Of a DNA stretch of 64,000 nt, positions 37,280-64,000 are shown piece after piece; position 1 is the stretch's first letter; every line of letters starts with the position of its first letter. The notes under the pieces were generated by a model that did no database searches, was not told where the DNA came from, and saw nothing but the letters and a program-made list of their open reading frames with translations. A program made the position numbers and the translations under genes. This DNA is from Guillardia theta CCMP2712 (taxonomy: Eukaryota; Protista; Cryptophyta): assembly GCF_000315625.1 (NCBI RefSeq), contig NW_005434553.1, positions 153,204 through 217,203 of the forward strand, written 5' to 3'.

Positions 37280-38060
37280 TTGCCACCAACTGGCAGTGAC
37301 TCGGCCACCGTGTCCGGCGCATGGCGCGGGCCGCACGGTCACCCGGCGGGCCGCTGGACCGGTCCGGCGGCCTGTGACCGTGGCACCATCGCCCTGCAGT
37401 CCGGACGCACTGCCGCCGCGGCCGAAAACTTGAAACCTCTAAGGCGCGCGGTGAGTCCGAGTGGCCGGGCACCTCCGAGCCTCGGAGTCACGGTCATCAT
37501 CCGATCGGAGGCCCGGATTAGTAGTCCGACCGTGATCATTAAACCGTTAGTATCTGAGGAGGCGGCTTTACCGGGCCCCAGCCTATGGACTCGGCCCGGG
37601 GAAGGCTTCCGAGTTCGGAACGTCGGAGAGCCCGGCGGCCGGCCGCAGCCCGTACCATGGCACGCCCCCGGCCAGTCGGATTCAATCAGTGAACCGTTGA
37701 AGTTCATCATGCCAAGTTAACACTATTCGATGTCACCGTACACAGAGTCAGAGCCTGTCTCAGGGCGGACGGTCACTTATCAGTATCGGAGTCACTGTGA
37801 CGGGTGACGGTGACGGTCCGATGATCATTACGTACGGTCCCTCCGAGGCTCCGAGGCTCCGAGCGGCTTCCCCGTTGGAAGTTCCGAGCCTCCGCTGAGC
37901 CTGGGCTGGTACTGTACTGGGAGCCCACGCCGATGCATGAGCCCGGTCCATGAGATCGGACTCGGCGGGCCCGGGGGCCGCCCGGCTGAAGTTTCGGACT
38001 GGCTGAGTCACTGAGTTGCAACTTGGAACGAACTTCTCGTGAAACTTATTAGCAACTAAA
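37280..38060. promoter_or_regulatory. Second large GC/CCGG-rich palindromic island; function unknown
   Basis: Same vocabulary as 14640-15430 (cggtcac, gtgacgg, ccgagtc, gggcccggg, aagtt/aactt). It lies between apparently convergent genes. Confidence 0.45.
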
Positions 38061-38380
38061 ACTGATTTATAACTTAACTTTGAGTAAAAGTGACAGTACT
38101 GTCCTGGTACTGCTTTTTAACTTAATTATTATTTAGCTGTCAAGGTTCGGGGGTTTACTTCTTCCCCTGATAAATACTGACCTGGTTCGAAGCCATGTAT
38201 TCCTCCTGCCAAACCTCTCCTGCATCCAATCCCTCTTGCTGCCATTCATGTCGCAAGAAATCTATTCCACCCATCACGACACAAGGTATGCTTTTGTCAA
38301 TAGAAGCGCATACCTGCGACTATTCCCATGTACGCCGATGGTGTGTCATGTCTAGGATCATACATCCTGCCAATCCATCA

Positions 38381-38914
38381 TCATTCCACATCCAATGCAT
38401 TTTGACATACGGCGGGGACAATGGCGGATGGAGTTGCGTATAGCATTGCGTCGACAGGGGACTGAAGGGGCGGGGCAGGGGCTGGTGATATGGAATGCAT
38501 CGCAGAAGAACCATACTTGTTCCCGGACTGCACAGGACGAAGAGAGCCTTGCTGAAAATCATCGTCTGACATATCCTCTGTATCAAGAGAACTGCCTATG
38601 TCATTACAATCAGGTGGGCCAGCCTTACTATCAAAAGGCATATGCTGTGATGTATCATCATCACCTACTTGAAGACCTGCCAGTACTGTTGTGTGACTAA
38701 CATTGACCGTGGCGGGAGAAGTAGGCATAGATTGGTCTGCCAGTTCATGATAAAGACGACTAGCCGCTTCCACGAGGTTCCCGTCAAGCCTCCATCCCAC
38801 GAGTTGATGTCCCTTCGAGATAACTTGACCTATACGAAGGTTGGAGGAAAGCCCCAGCTGAGAACGTATGGTTTCAACATGGTGCATGAACGATGTGGGA
38901 TGCAGAGCTGCCAT
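38381..38914 (-). CDS. Hypothetical protein, 177 aa, with a helical N-terminal module and a disordered tail
   Basis: Uninterrupted ATG-initiated ORF of normal composition. The N-terminus reads VETIRSQLGLSSNLRIGQVISKGHQLVGWRLDGNLVEAASRLYHEL. Confidence 0.6.
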   Translation of the reverse strand: MAALHPTSFMHHVETIRSQLGLSSNLRIGQVISKGHQLVGWRLDGNLVEAASRLYHELADQSMPTSPATVNVSHTTVLAGLQVGDDDTSQHMPFDSKAGPPDCNDIGSSLDTEDMSDDDFQQGSLRPVQSGNKYGSSAMHSISPAPAPPLQSPVDAMLYATPSAIVPAVCQNALDVE

Positions 38915-39149
38915 GGCGCGGCGTCCGCGGCGTGCTGGAATGGCCAGATTTGTTGGCGGGAAAGTAGTACCAAGTTGGAGAGTTTGTACGGGGTCGTACT
39001 ACGGTACCTTAGCAATAATTGTTTGTAAAGGGCAAATGTAACTTAAATTAGTACCGAGTTTGCTATTTTCATACTGTTTAAAATAATCCAAGAAGCGTTA
39101 CTATCCAAACAATTTGTACTATTTATCCAATTGTCCTATATCCATGATT

Positions 39150-39690
39150 TTGGACGCGTTTCTGTCGAATACCCCCAAGGTTCGCCTACTAGCCCGTCTG
39201 TTGTAGGATAGGCCCTGTGCCTCTTCAGGCACTACCGCTTACGGTCGTCTGCCTCCAACCACCCCCTCAGAAATAGGAGGACCGGTTCATTTCCTATTTT
39301 TTAACTTCAACGCTACCCACCCTGACAAAGTTTACATAGACCCCCACCCTCTAAATGGAGCGGTCAATGCCCCCGAAGTGCGGCAATTCCTTTTCGCTTC
39401 CGCCTCCAGGAAACAACCCAGGACCCTCAAGCCAGCACCTACCCCACCCCCAGCCACTCTATCGTCGATCACCATCTACCCTTGCCTTAGTACACTGGGC
39501 CTCACCCACCTTGTCCAATCTTCACCCCACCCTCCTAAGAGGACACCTCTCCCCCATTCCCCATTATTAGTACCCATCGGGTTATCCGTCCATCCTCGGA
39601 CCCCCCAGTCACACCCACCCACCATGGTCGACACCTGCAAACCTACCCCACCTCTCCCTCATTGACCGCGTTCCAACCTCCACCACCCCG
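39150..39690. other. C-rich non-coding tract upstream of the giant gene
   Basis: Dense CCCACCC/CCTACCC words. Confidence 0.5.
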
Positions 39691-39917
39691 TTAGCAGTCT
39701 ATACGCTCTTCCAATTCAGCAACACACCCTGACGCTCGGCTCGTCCTCACCGACAGCAAGGAGCCAACGAGGCCCCATAGCTCGCAGCAGCTCTCAGGTC
39801 TGCAGCCTCCGTCCTCCCCACCCTCTCCCCTCTCCTCCTGCGCGAAGACCCCGTTGCCTCCAGTCACCTTGGCATCAGATGTGCACTGGGTTTGCTCCTT
39901 CATAGTCGCTACACCGC

Positions 39918-57527
<17,610 letters not shown>

Positions 57528-57863
57528 GCAGAATGTCACTATGACATCTGATGTTCAATAAGTATGATGTCAGCCTAGTGTGTGTGAACATGATGACCTT
57601 ACAACTTGTATAACCTTTAGAGTACACTACGATGCTTCTGATTCGGTCAGCCCTCCTTTCAAACTCTCACTATCCATCCGAGTACTCACTTGAAGGTCCC
57701 AGCATATCCAAAAGTTGTTTTCTTGTTTGCTACTCAACTCGCGAGATTTCACTCAACTTTGAGTAAAGTTTACTCAGCAACTCCGAGCCGTCTCAGTGGT
57801 ACTTTTCTTTCCCAAGTTGACTGAGCCGGGGCGCCGGGCCCGTCGGCAGCGCCCCAGCCCGTC

Positions 57864-58047
57864 TCAGAGCAGCAGATGCTCCAGCTCCAGCTCCCCGTCG
57901 CCGCGAGTCGCCATCGTGACCGCCCTTACTACCTCCCTCATCGCCCACGTCACTCCCTCCCTCACGGCGTTCTGCTGCTGCTGCTCGTGCTGCTTGTGCC
58001 TTCTAAGCAGCTTGCTCTCAAGCTCCGAGTCGCCGCGAGTCGCCATG
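57864..58047 (-). CDS. Possible 3' end of a repeat-containing gene that disappears into the N gap 58048-58982
   Basis: The ORF carries MATRGD(S/G)ELE twice, 44 aa apart. Confidence 0.3.
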
Positions 58048-59299
58048 NNNNNNNNNNNNNNNNNNNNNNNNNNNNNNNNNNNNNNNNNNNNNNNNNNNNN
58101 NNNNNNNNNNNNNNNNNNNNNNNNNNNNNNNNNNNNNNNNNNNNNNNNNNNNNNNNNNNNNNNNNNNNNNNNNNNNNNNNNNNNNNNNNNNNNNNNNNNN
58201 NNNNNNNNNNNNNNNNNNNNNNNNNNNNNNNNNNNNNNNNNNNNNNNNNNNNNNNNNNNNNNNNNNNNNNNNNNNNNNNNNNNNNNNNNNNNNNNNNNNN
58301 NNNNNNNNNNNNNNNNNNNNNNNNNNNNNNNNNNNNNNNNNNNNNNNNNNNNNNNNNNNNNNNNNNNNNNNNNNNNNNNNNNNNNNNNNNNNNNNNNNNN
58401 NNNNNNNNNNNNNNNNNNNNNNNNNNNNNNNNNNNNNNNNNNNNNNNNNNNNNNNNNNNNNNNNNNNNNNNNNNNNNNNNNNNNNNNNNNNNNNNNNNNN
58501 NNNNNNNNNNNNNNNNNNNNNNNNNNNNNNNNNNNNNNNNNNNNNNNNNNNNNNNNNNNNNNNNNNNNNNNNNNNNNNNNNNNNNNNNNNNNNNNNNNNN
58601 NNNNNNNNNNNNNNNNNNNNNNNNNNNNNNNNNNNNNNNNNNNNNNNNNNNNNNNNNNNNNNNNNNNNNNNNNNNNNNNNNNNNNNNNNNNNNNNNNNNN
58701 NNNNNNNNNNNNNNNNNNNNNNNNNNNNNNNNNNNNNNNNNNNNNNNNNNNNNNNNNNNNNNNNNNNNNNNNNNNNNNNNNNNNNNNNNNNNNNNNNNNN
58801 NNNNNNNNNNNNNNNNNNNNNNNNNNNNNNNNNNNNNNNNNNNNNNNNNNNNNNNNNNNNNNNNNNNNNNNNNNNNNNNNNNNNNNNNNNNNNNNNNNNN
58901 NNNNNNNNNNNNNNNNNNNNNNNNNNNNNNNNNNNNNNNNNNNNNNNNNNNNNNNNNNNNNNNNNNNNNNNNNNNNNNNNNNTAATTTTTAGTGTTTTTC
59001 CTTTTCCTTTTCCCCCCCCCCCCCCCCCCCCCCACCCTTTCCCTCTCCTTCTCCCTCTCCCTCTCCCTCTCCCTCTCCCTCTCCCTCTCCCTCTCCCTCT
59101 CCCTCTCCCTCTGATCTTCGTCGTGGTACATCTCTTGTACCTCGACATGGTACAAAGTGATGCTCAAATACTCCCGATGGGGCGGGCCTGGACTCTCAGG
59201 CCCGGCCCCGGTGTTGGGCAGGCCCGGTCGCTTCTACTCAAATTGAGACTGGCTGAAAGAATCATAACCTTTTGTAACGTTCTTTGTAGTAAACAATGA

Positions 59300-60360
59300 A
59301 AAGAGTCCTTTTCAGAGAGGGGCCAGTTATGGCAGGCTCAGGGTGGGGTCAAGTCAAAGAGCTGCGTGGGGTGGCAGGAAAAGGGGGGATCCACCATGTA
59401 ATTCATAGAGGGTGTCATGGGGTGGTAAGCCTTTTTTTCCTTGAGGGGTAGGGTTCAATTGATCATAGTTGAGATCCCCCCGGTGGGTGGTAGCAGTACG
59501 TGTACACTGGCTCTTGTGAACTCTGGGGTACTACTCATTCTGCTGGTGGGTACTCTTATTTTTTGGGAGGGTAGGGGGTAGTATCTAGAAAAACAGGGGG
59601 TCGTCCTCTTGTGGGGTCACCCATTGATTTCCAGATCCAGAACCAAAGGTAATTAGTGGGTACTGAGGTTCCATGTAATGAGGTAGGTTGTTCCATTGAA
59701 GGGGTGGTTGGGTATGAAGGAAAACTTGAGTACCCCTGCGCTTTACTCACTTTTTGTTCATCTGGATGGGGTGATATTTGTTATGACAAATGGGTAGGGG
59801 TGGGAGTTTTTTGAGATAGGGGTCGGGTATATGGGAATGAATTATATCAGGTGGGTGGGTGGAGGCTGATCTGGAAAACCGGAGGGTTCTTTACTGTTTT
59901 ATCAGCGTATGGAGGGTGGGGGTTCTGGTAATTGTAAAACGGTGGGTGGGTAGTTGACAAGGAGACATGAAGGGGTATCCGTGAACAATTCAGAGAACAT
60001 GGTAGGGTCATACGATGTCAATGATATGGGTGGGGTGATCAAGTAGAGGGTCATTGATTGTGAGTACCCCCTGATTTACTATGAATTGAGCATGTATTTG
60101 GGCTAATGTGAGAGAATTTCAAATAAAGTGAGAGGAGGGGTACATATGTGCAGTCATCATGGTGGGTTACATCAATTCGAAAACAGGGTGGGGGGGTGGG
60201 GCATGCATCTCAATTTGAGGGGTATATATAAAAATATAGAGGTGGGTAGGGACTTTCATTGAGATTTTGTAGGGTAGGGTAAGGGTGGTAGGGTAGGGGT
60301 GGTAGGGTAGGGGTAGGGGGGGTAATATCTACCGCAAACCTAGGGGATGGCAGGAAGGGA
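59300..60360. other. Long G-rich non-coding tract with G-quadruplex-type GGGTA runs
   Basis: GGGT words throughout. 60270-60325 reads gggtagggtaagggtggtagggtaggggtggtagggtaggggtagggggg. Confidence 0.6.
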
Positions 60361-61062
60361 TGAAGTGGGGATCACAGATCGGGGAGGAGGAGGAGGAGGG
60401 GAAGGAGGAGGAGGGAGAGGAGATGGAGGCAGCAGATATTGAATGCGTGAAGTTCGAGAGAGTTTGAGATAGGACGTGACGAGTCTTTGGAGGGGGGGAG
60501 GGAGAAAGACACTAAAGTTGGAAGTTGAGACTCAAACTGAGAATCTGGGGGTTTACGGGCAAAACGATCGCATTTGTTTGGTTTTGCTGGGATTTTATCT
60601 TTTGATCTGTTGTTTTAGCCTTAGGAGGGTGTGTTACACTTGATCAGAAGACTGACAATCCCGTTTGAGGACAGGCAAATCTAGAAAGAATTCTTGAATT
60701 CGTCACGCCCATTCCGAACTCGCATACTGCAGGCATCGTTGTACGTCGACCATCCAGCGGGGATCGTTCCATCAGACGTTCATAACTCGAATTTTCTTTT
60801 CAACAACCTTGCTCCTGTCCGCTTCTTGGTTGGGCGGAGAATCCGGATTGATTTGATTTGGACGTATCCCCTTTTCTTCGGACAGGCCCAACTGTAGGCC
60901 TGAAGTCGCGCCTTTGTGCAACTCTCAACATCAGCACTCATCTTGCGCTCACTTTGCAAGACGTTGCAAGCATCTCTAGTCGCCCGCATCGCCTCTGAAA
61001 GTCGGAGGTGAACCTTCTCGAATCCGTCTGAGTGTGGGCCATGGGGTGACTTGAAGGGGCAG

Positions 61063-61994
61063 ATGACCGAGACACAGAACACGAGGTCGTTAGCTGACCG
61101 CCCGAAACGAGATGCTGCGAAGAAGGTTTGGCTCGTTTCGTCTTGCTGATGCTTCCTGTCGCTGACAGTGCTTTCATAACATCCAGTTCCTCAACGGGGT
61201 TGATAGCAGTGCCAAGGCTGACCCGCCCAAGAAAGACATCACCATGAATTTGCGTCAGGTGAGTCTGTTGTCTCCTACTCGCTATGCTGTCCACTGCCTC
61301 TTTCAGCTCGCGGAAGCCAGTCGTGCTAAGACGCTTTCTCTTCCTGCAGGTACGAAAGCCAACCAAGGAGATGCAAGAGGCGAAGGAAACGAGCGGAGCG
61401 AAGAAGGCAGTCGCGCATCACAGCTCTACTTCTGAATCAGATAAGAAGAAGCATCACTCACACGACAACCTCCCGGCCATCGCGGTCGACAAGGTGAAGT
61501 TCGTGCAGTCTGCACATCGTGTGACTGGAAATGCCTGTTACACCTTGTGTGTTTTGTTGAGACTCTGTCTACAGACATCTCGTCTGTCTTCTGAATCAAT
61601 TTTTACAGGGGATACGCAAACTTGACCTTTCTGCTCTCAAGAAGGTCTGCGCTAAAGTTGTCCATCGCTCCTGTTCTCCCACTGCCTGTCCACTGCTCCA
61701 TCGATCTAAAAGTCCTTTTCCTCCAGTATAAGAGGCACTTTGGACTCAAGACTGGACCAGCCAGCAGTAACAAGGAGGACCTTCAGGTACCTGCCTCCTC
61801 CCCTTCCCCTTCATCCTTTCTTGACCGATATGGTCATTCAGGCTGCAGTCATCAAGCACTTCGCAAACGTCCTTCGTGCTGATGCGTCGAAGGTAGAGAA
61901 GGTCTGGAACTCAACTGCTCTTGCGCGTCTGCTCATTTTTCTCTTCTTGTAGTCATTTTTGAAGAGAATCCGGGATAACAGGAGCAAGTGGTAA
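61063..61994 (+). CDS. SAP30-like protein (C-terminal Sin3-binding domain, HDAC complex subunit); at least 7 exons, ends uncertain
   Basis: Phase-0 GT-AG splicing gives GIRKLDLSALKK|YKRHFGLKTGPASSNKEDLQ|AAVIKHFANVLRADASKVEK|SFLKRIR. This resembles the SAP30 Sin3-binding motif L..TLRRYKRHFKL......K..L...V..HF. Confidence 0.78.
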
Positions 61995-63522
61995 GCCGAC
62001 ATGTCATAGAGAACTGTTGTGGGAGTGGCAGGGAGATCCACGATACAGAGAGCGAGAAGGGATGGGAGAAAGGATTCAACTATCGTGAGAGGGCTTGTGT
62101 TTCATTTCATCTCCTCACAAAACTTTTACACTCGTCACTGTTTTCTTTGATTTGGGACCGGACAGATGTCGAGGACTCCGCTGCTCCCGCTTTGTTGCTT
62201 TTCACTGTATCATGAGTGTAAGATGATGCTGTTTGACAGAGAAGATTTTTTTCATCTGGCTCTCAATCCAAGGATTTATTGTCTGTTGCATTTCGATGAT
62301 ATGGAGCTTCTCTTAGAATCTTGTAAGAGTTTTACTAAAACATTTCTTTTCATTATCCCAACCTTGCTTACGACATCTCTTGAAATTCATGCAAGGAGTG
62401 TGGTTTAATAGTACACCCTCAACAAAAGCAGCTATAGCTGCATCTGTTCCTGCAGAAAATTCCTGGCATACTCACTACCATCGACCTGTCTCTCACCGAA
62501 AAGGGGGGGGGGGGGGGGGGAAGTACAATAACCGCTAAACTGAATCCTTCCGAGCACATGCTTTCCCACCTCGAACGTTGGCTGTGCTCCACCTCAAAAT
62601 CTTTTCTCCTCAGCATCTACAAGCATGAATGATGCACACTCGTGTGAGACATTTTCTCCTCTCTATCACTCGTTTGCGCATCCCTCCGACCCTTGCGATT
62701 TTCAAAGTTGCTGTTCCGTCCTCTTCCTATCCCATGCCCTGTTGTCCTTGTCTCCTCGCACTGTCCTCCGAGCTGCTCACAGTTTTCTTGATCTTTCTAC
62801 TACTTTCTCAACCTCTTCCTCCTCCTCAGTACTCCATCCTTTCCGCTCCATCCTCTACCCTTCCTCCCCGCATCTGCCCTTCCCTCCATTTTCCTTCTAG
62901 TCCGGCACCACAAAGAAAAATGATGCGACCCTGTTTCGATGTCGTCATGGTAGGGGTGGAAGTACGTTCCGACTACTAGGGGTAGGGGTAGGTGTAAGGA
63001 ATCTGAATCTATGGGTGGGGTATTCATAGTACCCATCATTTAACAATAATTTGGTGGAAATGGACCCCCTGTTATTGATGGTAGTGCATCAAATATGACC
63101 CCTGGTAAGTATTCGGTACCCTGGTGGTCTTTACCCCCTACCTCCACATCCTGTAGACGGCCCCACCCCTACCCCCTGAGCATACAGACCCGCATCTTTA
63201 TATGTGTGGGGTGTAGATTAAGCCAGATCTATGCTAACTCACCTTTTAAATTGTTGAATTTTGATACAAATATTTTCATACAATATGAAATTTTGTACAT
63301 AAATATTTCATATTATATATATAATTTGTTTGAAGTTTACTAAAAAGTTTCTTAAGTTTAGTCGGGAAGTGAGTTAAACGTTGCCGGTACCCCCCGGCCT
63401 CCTCATTCTAGCCCCTTCCGCGTGCTTGCTTGCTGCAAGGAGCGGCGTTAGGAGCTCGAAGAGGAGGAGCAAGGCCGTTTGTGCTTCCTGCCTCTTGCTG
63501 ATACGAAGAGGATACGTCCCTC

Positions 63523-64000
63523 ATGCCATCGTCTCGAGGAATGCGCTTTAACCACAGCGTTCTTCATGCTGTCTTGGCCGCCAGTCTGTTTGCGTCATGC
63601 TCTGCCTGGTCGGCATTCAGCCCTTTCTCCAACGTGTTGCTGAAGAGCAGGAGAGCAAATGTGTCTCCTGCATCAGCCCAGAAGAGCTGGGGCGTGAAAG
63701 GTGCGAATCAATGCAGGAACCAGCTTCTCAGCTCCTTGAACATGGCCCTGGACACACCATCCAAGCCGGAGACTCAGGCTGGAGCTTGTATCTTCGACCG
63801 AGTGAATGAGAGCATGAAGGCGGCGATGAAGAGCAAGGATAAGGATCGTCTTGCAGCTGTGAGACAACTACAACTCCGTGACACCTGCGCTGTAGCTGAT
63901 ACTTGGCCTTGGGGTAGGTGCGAGCGGTGAAGAACGCACTGCAAACCGTGGCCAAGGACAAGGTCGAGCCGGTTCCTGGCAGAGTGAGCGGAATGACGAA
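63523..64000 (+). CDS. YqeY/Aim41 (GatB/YqeY family) protein with a bipartite plastid-targeting leader; runs off the window end
   Basis: Signal VLHAVLAASLFASCSAWSAF plus a transit peptide, then IFDRVNESMKAAMKSKDKDRLAA|VRAVKNALQTVAKDK (intron 63859-63917), which is the YqeY N-terminal signature. Confidence 0.85.

Noticed and set aside
57796-59167. ORFs of about 370-400 aa spanning the gap (similar cases at 10369-10939 and 16465-17289)
   Set aside because: Their length is an artefact of N runs and microsatellites.
60270-60325. Telomere or interstitial telomeric repeat
   Set aside because: The GGGTA units are irregular, short and embedded in a longer G-rich tract.

Overview
Eukaryotic nuclear DNA, gene-dense, with short (about 40-70 nt) GT-AG and some GC-AG introns, microsatellites and five N gaps. 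Bipartite plastid-targeting leaders, RWP-RK and Zn2Cys6 genes and intron style point to a cryptophyte alga such as Guillardia theta (inference, not searched). The window contains three tandem RWP-RK transcription-factor genes, an EF-hand gene, a plastid-targeted DUF3727-type gene, a long ankyrin gene and a tail-to-tail inverted pair of double-Zn2Cys6 genes. It also holds a gene with three Kre9/'Ser-Thr-rich GPI-anchored'-like beta-sandwich repeats, a SAP30-like gene, the start of a plastid-targeted YqeY gene and several hypothetical genes. The standout is a 17.6-kb, almost intronless gene (39918-57527) for a single-pass receptor of about 5,820 aa. Its order is: signal peptide, seven Cys-rich repeats with nested PAN- and SPRY-like inserts, FN3, many IPT/TIG, REJ, GAIN/GPS (HL|T), Cys-rich/EGF, a ZU5-like domain with a second putative autoproteolysis motif (HF|T), a mucin stalk, one TM and a Gly-Ala tail. 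All domain calls come from motifs recognised by eye; no database search was run.
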